Notes: generated by a model not told the origin, from the sequence alone. 63,620 bases of DNA, filler included, from Olpidium bornovanus S191 (GCA_017911155.1; 27 parts of 27 records of this genome joined end to end with filler, not necessarily neighbours in it); one strand, 5' to 3'. Positions 1 to 12,346 are shown, numbered from the whole stretch's first letter. Translations and numbers: made by a program.

Positions 1-155
1 AAAACCGCAGGTTCTTGGAGTCGCCAGAAAAAGGGAGAGAGAGACGGCGAACCTGCGCCCCCATAACGCAGCCGGGCTTTGCCTGACGGACAATACTTCG
101 GCTGCAAAGAGAAATGGCATGTTGCGGGAGTCGCCCTCTCTCATTGGCCCCAGCT

Positions 156-1038
156 TTAATAACTTCGGTCCACAGTATCCTCATCCTTCGGCAAGTAACG
201 TAAGCTGTTGCCCGCGCCAAAAGCGGCGGTGGCCGCCTTGTACTTCGCGCGAATACTGTCGATCAAGGCAAAAATTTCGGCATCCAGGTTGTTGCTCTTC
301 GGGAAAGACGCGATAAGAGCTCGCAATAACCGGAAGTGCTTCATGACCCTGGCAAAGATGCATATACGGGCAAGCAAAAAGTGTTAACGTCGCAAGAAAA
401 CTGGCCGCCCTCGACGTGCGCACCCTCCGCCTGGTTACTTCTGACCATATACGACAGCGTCGCGGAGAAGAAGGATGCCACTTTACCTTGCGGATGCGAC
501 GCCGTCGTATTTCTCAGCAAGCAGTAAACATTCGCGGGCAACTCCTTCATAAAATCCGACTTCCCGGCCAATCTCAAAGCCATTCTCACACCCCATTGTC
601 CTGCCCTCGAGTTCCCCGGCCGCGACGCCATCTCGCCTCCCGTCGTCACGGCCGAGCGTTTGAAATCTGGTTTTCAAGGATCGGCAACGAGGAAAAAGAG
701 GTGAAACGAAAGTGGGGGTGAAGGGGGGGAGGATGCAAAGTCGTCCGTATGGTAAGGCACGGCGCAGCAGCTTATGCGGCGCCCCGGAGATCACGGCCGT
801 TGCAAAATTTCGGTCCGTCTTCGACACCCGAGCGGAGAAAGTGCGGGCGGACGCGAGAAGACAGGCATATGCACGCCGGTCGCCGCCTCACTTGACCGCC
901 TCACATGTTCTCCAGGTTCAGCAGGTCATCGAGGTCTACATCCGCGACATTGGCCAGGGGCTCCCCCGCTTGCGGGATACACCGCTCTTTCCGGCAGGCG
1001 GCTGCAGTGGCGGCGGAGCTCTGCCCGCCGGCGCTCAT
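156..1038 (-). CDS. LTO1: LTO1/ORAOV1-like protein (Yae1_N/DUF1715 domain), complete, 3 exons
   Basis: Exons 905-1038, 487-666 and 156-348 splice in phase at GT/AG. Translation includes DLDDLLNLENIFQTLGRDDGRRDGVAAGELEGRTMGCENGFEIGREVGFYEG (deca-GX3 repeat) and LIDSIRAKYK. Confidence 0.85.
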
Positions 1039-1201
1039 ATTGGTCGCGGGGCGGGCGAGGGACAACAGGGAACAGTGTGCGCTGCTGCGGAAAAAAAAAA
1101 AAAAAAAATCACCCTAACTGACCGCACACTGCGCCAGACGGCCTGTTTCAACTGGGGCCCGCCTTCACCGTGTGCGGCGATAATCAAATGCGGGAAAAAA
1201 C

Positions 1202-1246
<45 letters not shown>

Positions 1247-1503
1247 ACCGTTTTGCGCTAGCAGCAGCAGTCGTACCATTTGACGAGAGATAAACCACGG
1301 CGCCCCTGGTCGTTCAAACATCCCCTGCCTGTGCCCATGGGAAAAAAACAAGTCCCCGTTAGCTTCTGCGTCGGATTGGACTCATGGGCACCTCCTAATG
1401 GGCTGGATGGCTTCTTCCCCCATAAGTGATCGCTGTCCGGCTGCGTGCCGTTTACCCCCGTTCACCGTATACATCCCCGCCGACACCGAGGCACCCGCCG
1501 TCC

Positions 1504-1603
1504 NNNNNNNNNNNNNNNNNNNNNNNNNNNNNNNNNNNNNNNNNNNNTTAATTAATTAANNNNNNNNNNNNNNNNNNNNNNNNNNNNNNNNNNNNNNNNN
1601 NNN
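1504..1603. other. Artificial contig linker (first of 26): 44 N + TTAATTAATTAA + 44 N
   Basis: The same 100-bp spacer with stops in all six frames starts at 1504, 2640, 4005, 6352, 10542, 12347, 17466, 21764, 24996, 26711, 28054, 30211, 32813, 34674, 36513, 38468, 40995, 43114, 45906, 50109, 51936, 53589, 55838, 57432, 59998 and 61812. Confidence 0.98.
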
Positions 1604-2521
1604 CATGAGGAGGACCTCAACTTTCTTCTGCGTCTTTATGATGGTCTCGTAGGTTTGGGAGTTCTGGATAATCACTCCCGCCTGCGCGGCTAACGCGCGA
1701 AGGAGGATCTCGTCTTCCTCGTCAAAGCCTTGTTTCTCGGCGTCGCCTTCCGGCTCGTCCAGCTGAGCCGACTGCGGCGGCGGAAGCTTGTTCAGCGCCT
1801 CGAGGACACCCTTCGTTACGCTCGTCCGCGTCCGGATCGGCACGCAAAGCACGTTAGCAGGAGAGGCCACCTGCTGCGGCGCGTCCACCTCCCTGTCGAA
1901 TCGCTGGTCGTGCGTCACGTCCGGCACCTTGAGCACCTCGCCGTGCTCGGCCACCCATCCGGCGATGCCCCGGCTCAGCGGGTACCGTTTGACGGGGGCG
2001 CTTTTCTCCCCTTCGTGTAACGACACTCCTCGTTCCAACGAGACCAACTCCCGCGTCTCTTGATCAACCAGATAAAGCTGCAGAGACTCGCAGGGAACCA
2101 TAGACAGCGCATCTTGAATCATGCGGTCCGTCGCCATGCTCAGATCGCTTTCCAAGGAAATGTAACTGCTGGCGGTGAGGAGCCTGCAGACTTTGGAGAA
2201 AACGCTGATCAGATCGGTCAGCTCCCTGCGGCGTTCTGATCTCCGCATGAGTTCCAGGTTGTCGAGGAAGGAAGCCTCTAGGTACTGGTCGATCAGGCCG
2301 GACAGCAAAGAGGTGTCAACGGCCGGGGACGCCGGCGTCGTTCGAGCTGTTAAGCTCCGCCGGCGCCGGCGCTCGAACGTTGACGGTATTTGCTCCATGG
2401 CCTTCTGTACCCCGGGGATATCAATCCCGGAGACCATGGAACCTGACAGGAAAGCGGATGACGCCGTTTCCGCTGTTCGCGCCAAGCCATGACCTTCCGT
2501 GGCGGTGAGGGTCCAAAACAT
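1604..2521 (-). CDS. cNMP-binding-type GAF domain protein (PDE- or GAF-adenylyl-cyclase-like), partial
   Basis: RGIAGWVAEHGEVLKVPDVTHDQRFDREVD...NVLCVPI...GVLEALNK...FDEEDEILLRALAAQAG carries the NKFDE motif, followed by a QKKVEVLL linker. The contig ends before any catalytic domain. Confidence 0.8.
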
Positions 2522-2739
2522 GGGAAATTATCGGCTGCCCGCGGCGTCGTGCCTGCTTCAAACCAATTTGGACGACCATATTGAAAAAAAAAAGCGAAAA
2601 CGATCGTCCGCCAACTCACCGTCAGACAGCTTCCTGACANNNNNNNNNNNNNNNNNNNNNNNNNNNNNNNNNNNNNNNNNNNNTTAATTAATTAANNNNN
2701 NNNNNNNNNNNNNNNNNNNNNNNNNNNNNNNNNNNNNNN

Positions 2740-3886
2740 ACATGCCGCTGCCGCCAGGGTTTTCCAGCCGTCCCTTCAGCATCGCGTGAACGCTTTCTGG
2801 GCGGCGGCCCTCCGTGCCGGCGCCAGTTTCCGCCTCGGGCCCGCCGGACTCGATCGAAAGTACCAAGGCGCTCGAGAAACTCGGCAGGCGGAAAGGGCGA
2901 AACGCGGAGTGATTAAGGAAGCGTGACACGCGCCATCCGTCCTCAATCGGCCCTGCGCTCTTCGCCGCCTCCTCGGCCCGTTTCTCCGCTTGTCCGGCAG
3001 TTCGGCTTGCGCCCGCAGCCGAACTCTCGCGCGAACTGGGCGGCGGCTCACGCAGCAGATTTGGCGAGGAGTGTGCTTTCGGGCGGGCGGCCGCACTTGG
3101 CGTCGCGCAGTGGGCAGTCTGAAACTCGGCTATCGGGCGAGAAGCGGGCGGCTCTTCGACGTCGGTCGACGCGAGCTGGTCCGGACCGCCGTCCGGAGGC
3201 GTGGCCGGGGCGCTGGCAAGGATCGGGGTGGAGGGGGCGAGGTCGCCGATAATAAAACGCCGGCCGATCATCCGGTTTGCGTACGATGCGAGGGGCGTTC
3301 GCAGCGCGGCGGGTGACTCCGCGGCCCTTTGCCGGTTTTGCTGCCCGGGAAGAGCCTCGGCCGCCGCCGCGTCGCCGGCCAACAGCTGACCACCCAAACT
3401 CGAAACCTCGTTCTTTGTCGACAGCGGCGACGAAAGTTCCAGGGCCGCCTGGGCCGCGCTGATCCCGCCGCGAAGCCGCGAAGGCCGCGGACGCCGCACC
3501 TCCGGCTCGCCCGCCGGGGCCCCCATCCCCGCGTTGGTCGCCCGCCTCCCCAGCGAGTCGAACGCCAAGCTGAGCGGGGACGGCAGCTGCAGAGCCAGGT
3601 ACTGCGGATGGAAGCGGGCGCCGGCTCGTGGCCGCGGAGGCCGGGGGCGCTCTGGAGTGCTCGGCCGGTTGAGCGACGCGGGCGACGGCAACGGTTTAGA
3701 AACGCCGTGTTCGCCTTCGGGCGCAGGTGCGTCGGTAGCCAGCCTGGTCAGCGGCGTCGGTCCGGCCCTCGCCGCTCGCGGATTCTGGCCCGGCGCGGCG
3801 CCGGCCTCCGTTTGCCCGCCCTTCGCACCTCCTCTTCCGCCGGCCGGTACGGAATCCGGGTCCTGGCGCGGAGGCGAAGAGCTCAT
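2740..3886 (-). CDS. Pro/Ala/Ser-rich protein of unknown function, partial
   Basis: Long open frame from ATG 3886 (MSSSPPRQDP...); low complexity, no recognisable domain. Confidence 0.4.
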
Positions 3887-4439
3887 GATGTGGGGTCGGG
3901 AACCGGAGGTGGCCACAGCGGGGTGCGTTCCTCTTTTCCGCTCTCTCGCAAGAGGGCGTCGCGGGGGTGGGGTTGGCGGAGACGCGGCAAATTGCGGCGT
4001 AATANNNNNNNNNNNNNNNNNNNNNNNNNNNNNNNNNNNNNNNNNNNNTTAATTAATTAANNNNNNNNNNNNNNNNNNNNNNNNNNNNNNNNNNNNNNNN
4101 NNNNCATGATTCACAATACAGAATATATACTGGCTTTCTCTGGTGCGCAGAGTGCGCTGTGTGTGTGCTGGTGGTGGTGCTTGAAAAGATTTTTGGACCA
4201 ACGGGTTGCGTGTGCTGGCAGGCCACGGAGAAAAAACGGTGCAGCAGGGCGTGACCGGCGACCTCTGCGTACAGGCCGTGCACACGTGGAATCGAAGAAA
4301 TGCGGCAGTAGCGAGCAAAAAAAAAAACCCGTCGCCAAACACCAACCGCTTCGTGTGGGTGTCGTCCGGAAAAGCGAGAAAGGCGCGGGAGAGAGGGGGC
4401 GGGGGCGGAAGGGTCCCCCGGAGGAAGGGGGGTCGGGTT

Positions 4440-5320
4440 TCGTTTTCTCAACCCTGATTCCCCCCCTCCGGGCATATCTCGACGACTTAGGGCGCAGAGG
4501 CGGCCTCGGGCGGTGCCAGTGCGCTCTCCCCCGCCGGCAGTTGCGCCTCGCCTATCAGGTACCTGTTTTTTTCGGGACGAAGGACGGCGCGTCACACAGG
4601 CGCGCTTTTTCCGCGTACGATTTGCGGACCAGGAAAAAAAAAGGGGGTGGGGAAAAAGGGCAGGTAACACGCGCCCCGAGACAGTCGTGACTGACGGAAT
4701 CAAGCCGGGTGCACCAGGCCCACCCTTTTTCTCACCCAAGTGGGCTTACCGCAGCATCCGCACCCGGGTCACCGTTGGGGACTTCGGCAGGAAAAGGAAA
4801 CGCGCGAGTTGTCGCGACCGGGGTGGTGTGTGTGTGTGTGTGGGAATCGAGAACCGAGAGCGGCATTTTTTTTTTGTTTTTTTTTTTTTTTTTTTGCCGC
4901 TTCCAACAGTTACAAAAAAGGACGGACTGCTTTTTACCCGTGTTACAAGACGACGGCGACAAAACCAAAGGGACAGCAAGACAACTTTTTTTTTGTGCCT
5001 CTTTTCGCCGCTTGGTTTATTTCCTCGTCCGGTTGCGGGGGAAAAAGGCGTGGAGGGCGCGCGTTGTGATCCCGTTCCCCTCTCACCTCGCAGTGGGCGA
5101 CGGCGTACTGTAGCAGCACCGAGTCCCGCTCGAGAGCCTCCGCGGCCGTCTGGCAGACGAGTTCGTACTCCAGGTCGGACCTCTCCAGACGCCGCGGCAT
5201 CCCCCGGGTCGTCCGCCCGCTCGACGGCGACCGGGCCGGCGGCGGCTGCGGGTCTCCGCCCTCTCCGCCTCCGCCGGTCGCCGCCGGCTGGGACGGCGTC
5301 TCCGCGGCGACGTCGGCCAT
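4440..5320 (-). CDS. Multi-exon protein of unknown function
   Basis: Exons ~5083-5320, ~4748-4791 and ~4440-4561 splice in phase: MADVAAETP...SDLEYELVCQTAAEALERDSVLLQYAVAHCE/LPKSPTVTRVRMLR/YLIGEAQLP. No family recognised. Confidence 0.45.
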
Positions 5321-5562
5321 GGCGATGGAGAGGGGTGGGGTGGGAGTGAAGCCGCGCGTCTATCGTCCTGGCGCAAGCCAACGAACGACGCGACGTGGTG
5401 ACGAACACGCCGCGAACCGGGCGTAATAGATTTCGGGGGAGAGGGGGGGTGTCTGAGCGGGTGTCGTTCTTCTGCTCGATGTTTGCGCTTTGGCCAGACG
5501 GAACACCAGCGCACCTCCACCCGAACTGCGAGAGAGGCCTTGAAGATTCAGCGGCGGTGCGC

Positions 5563-5587
5563 GGGGGGGGGGGGGGGGGGGGGGGGG

Positions 5588-5632
<45 letters not shown>
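5563..5632. repeat. ~70-nt poly-G tract (one C interruption)
   Basis: Read directly from the sequence. Confidence 0.9.
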
Positions 5633-5633
<1 letters not shown>

Positions 5634-7494
5634 AGCTCTAGCTGCGGGAGGAAGGGTGGGGTGGGGAGGCGAAGGGTCCACGAGGGCAGCCTTTCTCCGC
5701 GGCGGTGGGTGAGCCCCGGAGAGAGCGGGCGACTCCAGATGGTTGACGTTCGAAAAGCACGCGGGGGTTGTTGAAGTGGACTGGAAGTCAGAAGACGCCT
5801 GCTGCAGCGCTTGCCAGACGAAGATGAAAAACAAAAGTGACCCTCGAGCATTTGAATGGAACAACAACGCGCATGGACTCCGCAGGCGCGCGCCGGCCGG
5901 CAAGCGCAAAAGACTACTTGGCCAACAAACACGCTGTACAAACGAAGACCCCCCCGGACACCAGTGATTCACGGAAGGTGAAACGCGGCGGATGCAACGG
6001 AGACACTGCAGGAAGCGGAATCATGCCGCCCGAATGAAGGGACGGCGGCCTCCGGGATGCAGGCGCAGCCTCCGTCATGCCGATTTCAGAATTCCGCTGG
6101 GCGGGGGGGTGGGGGGAGGGGCCCGCAGTAATTTCGGTTGAGCCCAGTTGGAATCATCTTCCACGAAGCAAATCTGGGACCTAACACCACAGGAGGCGAA
6201 TCCGGCGGAAGGAAAGACAGAGGGAGGGCCGTGTTACCTGGAGTTTAAATGACGGACTCCGCATCCTGGTGGCAGCATCCGGAGCCTTGAATCCGGGATC
6301 CCGTCAGGGGAAAACGGGGTGCCCTGAATGGGGGGGGGGGGGGGGGGGCGCNNNNNNNNNNNNNNNNNNNNNNNNNNNNNNNNNNNNNNNNNNNNTTAAT
6401 TAATTAANNNNNNNNNNNNNNNNNNNNNNNNNNNNNNNNNNNNNNNNNNNNAACATGCGCAACTTTTTCAGGCTCTTGGACACGATGAGGGCGGAGGGAT
6501 GGGTGGGTAATCTATTTTGCCGTCCTGCGTACCGCTGTTCGCCGCGCTGAAATGTAAGGTGTGACTATGGACGACGTCGAATAGGCGGTATTCATCTGTC
6601 AAGGCAACGTACAGGCCCTTCTAAAACCGCAAGGTAACCACCTTGCCGGTTACTTGATGCTGGACGAGGCGATAAAAAACTGGCCGAAAGGAACAGAACG
6701 GCCTTACGTATGAGATTGGGTGCTGCATCGAGAACGCCAAGCGCGCTGCATCGGCTGCACGGGTAACTTTTCGCACTTCCTTGGCCCTCCTTAAGATTTT
6801 CACTGTAATCATACCAATCATTCGCAATATATACCCAACTCGCTGTCCTCTGGCTGCAACGGCATTAAAAAACAAAAGCGCCGTCACGGTTTGAATCTTA
6901 CGAGAAAACGTGGGTTGAGAACCCACGGCATATTATCCCTAACAAAAAAATTCGCCTCTTTTTTCCCACTCAAAATTTGATACCGCCAACGCGCCGCAGA
7001 CCCCCAGCTAACCCCTGCTGCGGCACCAATGCGGAAGGTGAAACGAAAGTCGATTTCGTTTTGCCCCTTCCGTTAAGCCCGCGGTGCTGTTTAGCGAGAA
7101 CTCCTGATTCGGAGTTCTCGGGAGGCTTCATGCAATGCTTGCTGCTTGGAACCGCACACAGACGCGTTCCGCAAACCGCAGTTGGGGCCGTCGTTTGCCG
7201 GGGTGCGGGGTGCAGGGAAACATCCCGCCCCCCCGCGCGCGCAACGCCGGGCCCTGGTTCCCTTCCCCGCTCGCCCCCGCCAGCGGCTCCCGCCCGCCCC
7301 TCCTCCCCCGCATCCCCGCCAACGACACAGCAATCGCGCTCTGCCCGCCACGGCCCTGCCTTTGCCGTCGCTTTCCCGCGGCACCGCCACTTCTCTGGCA
7401 CACCGCGCGGCCAAGGGGGGAAAAAAAAAAAGGAAAAAAGAGCCGCGGTGTCCCGAGATCAGTACAGGACGGTTGCCGTCGCGGCCGGACACAC

Positions 7495-9333
7495 ATGGCG
7501 AAGAACAGGAAGAACAGGCCCGCAAGCAGCAACGGCAGCGCCGGCAGCGCCGGCCCCGCCACCAACCAAGCCGACGGCGGTTCGGCGTCGCCGTCCTCTC
7601 TGTTCGCTGGCCGCGGAGTGGACCAGCCTGCCGCCGCCGTCGCCCCTCCTTCCGCCTCATCGGCACCGGCTAACCCCTCTTCGTCACGGCGCTCGCCGGC
7701 GGCGAAGAAGCTGAAACCGTCTCTCCACGCAGGCGGCCAGGGCGGCTTGTTCCTGGACCCGCTGCCGGAAGCGTCGTCGCCCCCCGCTTCGCGGGATGCC
7801 GGGCAGCTCATCTCCTTTCCGTCGATGCATCCCGTCGCCGCGGGCAGTCCGGCGTCTGCGCTGCGGGTCAACACGAAGCAGGCGCAGCAGCAGCACACCA
7901 CGTTCTCGTCGCTGGCCAGTCACGGCCTCCTGAGCCCCACCGCGCTGGCTTTCTCCCAGCAGTTCGGGATCGGGCCGGGAGGTTCAAGCCAGGCGCGCCG
8001 GTCGTCGATCGTCCCCTTCGGGTTCGGGTCCGCTTCCGCGCCGGCGATCTCCGTCTCGTCGCCCGCTTCGGCGACCGCTGCCGATCTTGGCCGGCCGCGA
8101 CCGTCGGATTCCGCCGGGCCGCCGTTGCCTACGCGCAAGGCGAGCACCTGGATGCTGGTGCCGGCTGTATTCCTGGCGCTCTTCCTGGACAACTTCATCA
8201 CGGCGTTCGTCGTGCCGATATTACCGCTGTACCTGAAAGACCCCGAAAAAGTTGGGTTCCTGTTCGCCAGCAAGGCGCTTGTGCAGATCTTGTGCAACCC
8301 TTTCGTCGGCGTCCTAACCGACGCCGCCGGCCGCGTTATACCCATGCAAGTCGGCAACGCGCTGTTCGTCGTATCCAACATCATTTTCGCCGCCGCTCGT
8401 GGATATATGGGTCTGTTGTTTGCCAGGGCGTTGCAGGGGGTGGCTTCCAGTTTACTGGCCACTGCGGGTGCGTGTGTCCGTATGACGTCAATGACCGGCC
8501 GGCCGCAGGCCGTTTATCTTGAAAAGTTTTCCGATCTGACGATCCTCCCCGCGACGGCGTCCTCGAAAAGGCATGGCTCTGCTCGCGGACGTGTTCACTG
8601 ATGAGACCGAGCGCGGCGTGGCGATGGGCAAGGGTTTGAGCGGGGTCGCCCTCGGGTTGCTGTCGGGTCCGCCGTGCGGCGGTTTCCTCTACTATATCAG
8701 CGGGGGGGCGGTGACGCTCCCTTTCGCCGCGGTGTCTGCATTGTCGGTCGTCCTGGCCTTTCTGCTGTTTTGGGTCCACGAACCGGCGCGGCCGAGCGCC
8801 CAACAGCCGGGCGATCTTCCGCCTGCTTACGAAGAGCACGGCCGCAGATCCGTCGGCGACGCTTCGGAGACCGCGCCGCTGTTGTGGGCACTCTCGTCTC
8901 AGAGGGACCACCCCTCCGCAGACGGTCACCTCAGCGAAGACTTGTTCGTCAGCGACGAATGGGGCGCGAGCGACAGCACGGCGGCGGCCGGCCGCCGCGA
9001 CGCCGGCGCCCCGCCGATGCCGTACGGCACGATCGCGGGCCGACCGGCGGCGAACGACTCCGTCGAGAGGCCTCTGGCGGAGTCGCGCTCCGCTCCGCGG
9101 GAACAGTCCACGTACGTTGCCCTCTTGCGCAACGGGGCTATCGCCGCTGCGTTCCTGTCACTCTTTGTCGCAAATTCCATCGTCGCCGCGTTAGAGCCCA
9201 CCCTTCCGCTCTGGTGGGGCTCCTCGGGCATTGGCTTGACGGACAACCCTATGGTCGTCGGTGAGCGTTTTCCGTCGGGCAGGGGGTCTTCCCTGCTCGG
9301 AGAATTTTCGTTTTTCCTTTTTTTTATTTTTTT

Positions 9334-9367
<34 letters not shown>

Positions 9368-10420
9368 CCGTTCCTGACGGGGCGTCCCACACCGCGGCCA
9401 GGCTTCCTGTTGGCGTCCTCGACGATCTCGTACACGTTGGTCTCGCCTTTCTCCGGCGTCTTGGGTGCACGTGTCGGACGGGCGCGGCTGATCTGCGCCG
9501 GCCTCGTTTTCCTTGGCGCGGCGCTCCCGTTCATCGCCCTGCCTCGGTCCATTCTAGGGTTCTGCCCCCCGCTGCTCCTTTCGGGAATCGGCATCGGGCT
9601 GGTCGATGCCAGCTGCCTGGCGGTGGTGGCGGCGAAGACGGACGAATGGTCGGCCGGCGCCGACGCCGATGGGGCGCACGGCGACGACCCGGACCGCCGC
9701 GAGCAGGCGCTCGCCGTGAAAGACACGTACAACGCGGGGGAGTCCGCGCAGTCGTATTTCTACCACGCACCGAGGAGCCCGGTCAAGAGGCGAAGGTCGC
9801 TGTCCCGCCCCGGTACCGCGCCGTCGTCAGACCGTGGCGGCCGACGGTCCGAGCGTTCGTACAGCCGCCACCAAGACGAGGATCAGCATCGGCACGGCCA
9901 GCACGTTCTTGCGAGACACGTCGAGAGCAACGGACGAGACGGCGGCAAGGCCAGGCACGGTGGGGGGTACTATGCTCACGTGTTCCCCTCCGCCCCAATC
10001 GGGGATTCGCTGTACTCCCCGTGCTTCTTACCCCCGGACGGGCACCATCAGCAGCCGGGCCATCATCACCACCGGCGCGAAAACCCCCCCCCACGCGTCT
10101 CCCCGCCGCCGGCCGGCCGGCGGCCGTCCTCACGCGGCGAGAGCGTGGGGGCCAGTTCGAGCGACGGCGCGCGGGGCGGCGGCCGTAACATGTACGGCAA
10201 AGCGTTCGCGCTGGCCGATGCGGCGATAAATCTTGGGTACTTCGTCGGTCCCAGCCTGGCGTCGCAGCTCACCGCACGTTTCAACTACCCTATCGCGCTC
10301 TATGCCTTTTCCGGCATCGGCTTGGTGGCAGCACCTGTCGCGTACGCGCTGCTCTGGAACGACAGGCGGTCGGCGGCGGCAAGGAGAACGCCGGTCCCGG
10401 TGACCGCTCGGTTACCGTGA
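7495..10420 (+). CDS. SLC18/VMAT-like MFS vesicular amine:H+ antiporter, complete, 3 exons
   Basis: Exons 7495-8467, 8571-9260 and 9402-10420 splice in phase. Motifs VFLALFLDNFITAFVVPILPLYL, VGFLFASKALVQILCNPFVG, ARALQG, MALLADVFTDETERGVAMG, ANSIVAALEPTLPLW, GIGLVDAS and YGKAFALADAAINLGYFVGP align TM by TM with VMAT2. Confidence 0.85.
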
Positions 10421-10641
10421 AAGGAATGGGACGGACCGGTGCTTTCCATCTTTTTTACTATCGTTCGGAATGGTCATGATCCATCTACATAGAGTCCGCG
10501 GGTGGTAACAGACTGACCCCGCTCCCCCCTCCCCCCCACCTNNNNNNNNNNNNNNNNNNNNNNNNNNNNNNNNNNNNNNNNNNNNTTAATTAATTAANNN
10601 NNNNNNNNNNNNNNNNNNNNNNNNNNNNNNNNNNNNNNNNN

Positions 10642-12346
10642 CAAACGCCCCCTCGCGGAGAAAAAAAAAGCCCGAACAAAAAAAAACCTCGGGGGAAAAT
10701 CTGGACGCACGTGAACATGTGGTAGAGATCCGTGGTGTCGGTGTGAGTGAAACCGGAGTACGCGACCAGCGCGGGGATCTGGAGCAGTGCGACTTGCACC
10801 GCGTACGCGGAACCGATTTCCATGGACAGCGCGATGTTGTTGTAGATGGCGAAGGAAATGGCGTTCATGAATTCTGTGACGTTCGGCACCTGCGGAGGTG
10901 CGTGTGCGCGGGGAGAATGTGTCGAAACTCGCGCGTTTCGTCACTCGCTCTCGTTGCGCCGCCAACCCTTCCCGACGGGGGAAGGAAAAATTTTTTCTTG
11001 TGAACTAAGAGGGAACGGGAGCGGGAAAAAAAAACCAAAGAAAAAAAAACCAGAAGGAAACAAACCAGCGCAAACAGAGTAAGTCCTAAAAACTTTTCGT
11101 CGATGTTCATATTCTCGACGACGGGATCTACGGAGTCCACGAGAATTTCTGCGCTTGTCGGGAAACGAGCAAATTAGAGGAAACCGGTGTTTTCACGTCG
11201 CTCCGTTTGCTCAATCCAAAAAAATTTGCTCAATCCAAAAAAAAACAACCCGTTTCCGATCCGTACCGGCGATGGCAGAGAACAAAACCGTGCACGTGCA
11301 CAGCACGAAGGACGACTTTAGCTTGCTCCAGTTTGGAGCGTCGTGGCCGCCGGCTTCGCCGCCGTCGGCGGAGTCGAAAAAGCTGTGAGCGCGGCCGCTT
11401 TCCGGCGGGTTAAGCGCAGAAAAGATTGCGCTAAAGGGGGCCCGAGGTTCGGCGCATTTGTCTGGCGCCGGTAGTTCAATCGACGTCCCGGCGGCGGCGT
11501 TCTGGTCTGCGCCGGACCCGCCTGCGTACGACGACGAAGGCGGGGCCGCGGACGGGCCGGGGGCGGCATTGGCGCCGCCGGCGGGTGGGGCGGGGGCTGC
11601 CCCTACGGCGTTTAACGTCAAAGTCGGCGGCGTAGCCGACTTGGAATTGGGGACGCCTCGGTGACTGTGAGTTAGCCGTCTGTACTGGCTGTCAAGACGA
11701 CCGTTGTGGCCGTGGTGAGAACCCGAAGGATGCGTCGTCGGCGGGGCGGAGTAGATGTGCGACGCGTGGGTTCTCAATGTGAACCACAGTCCAATGAGGT
11801 ACGCCTGGAATTCACCGGAAAAGATTTAAAACAAGGAATACCTCGTCTTGTTTAAACGACGCCACATCTATATCCGAAGCGGGGCCAGGGAAGGGGGAAG
11901 GGGTCTAACCAAGAAGCGCGCGAGCGCAGCAAAACGTACCAGCGGCAAAAGCAAGGCGCAGAGGTATGCCAAAAGCTTCACTTTCTTCTGGAAAAAATCG
12001 TCCGTGAGAAGATTTATGTGCTCGTAAGAACACCTGCTGCACAGTTCTCGGCTTCCGGCAACTGCATCACGCGCGAGGTCAGTTTACCGAAGCTGAAAAG
12101 CTGCTTGGCATTACAGAAAAATAAAAAAAAGGCTCGGGCGCCGAAGCGACGTACCGAGCGATGGCGTTGGCGGACATCCCGAGCATTTTATCTGAAACTG
12201 GTGTTTTGAGGTATGATTGCGTCACGTGTTTGTGCGTTCCAGCCGCATTCCGCCCAAGCTTTGTCCGGAACATCAAACTTACTGGCCCGTAGGTGTTGTA
12301 GAACAAAGTCGGCGTGCAAACTCCGATCAACGAGAATATGAGCATG
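10642..12346 (-). CDS. VNX1: Vacuolar cation/H+ exchanger, VNX1-like (CAX family), partial, multi-exon
   Basis: MLIFSLIGVCTPTLFYNTYG; AYLIGLWFTLRTHA; GGHDAPNWSKLKS...AEILVDSVD...EKFLGLTLFAL; VPNVTEFMNAISFAIYNNIALSMEIGSAYAVQVALLQIPAL. Confidence 0.9.

Noticed and set aside
1548-1559. Regularly recurring TTAATTAATTAA as a repeat family or CRISPR-like array
   Set aside because: Always centred in 44+44 N; it is a six-frame-stop assembly spacer.
4746-5972. 408-aa ORF with poly-Pro, and the many ORFs with poly-Lys/Phe/Gly runs
   Set aside because: These are translations of homopolymer tracts in introns or intergenic DNA, or shadow frames of real genes.
6060-6340. GC-rich stretch considered as RNase P/MRP or another structured RNA
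   Set aside because: No convincing P4/CR-I/CR-V motifs; the minus strand shows GT-AG boundaries more consistent with coding exons.
6452-6900. Plus-strand exon-like pieces (RNFFRLLDTMRAEGW; AVFICQGNVQALLKPQGNHLAGYLMLDEAIKNWPKGTERPY)
   Set aside because: Probably the 3' end of a real gene, but no family could be recognised, so no call is made.
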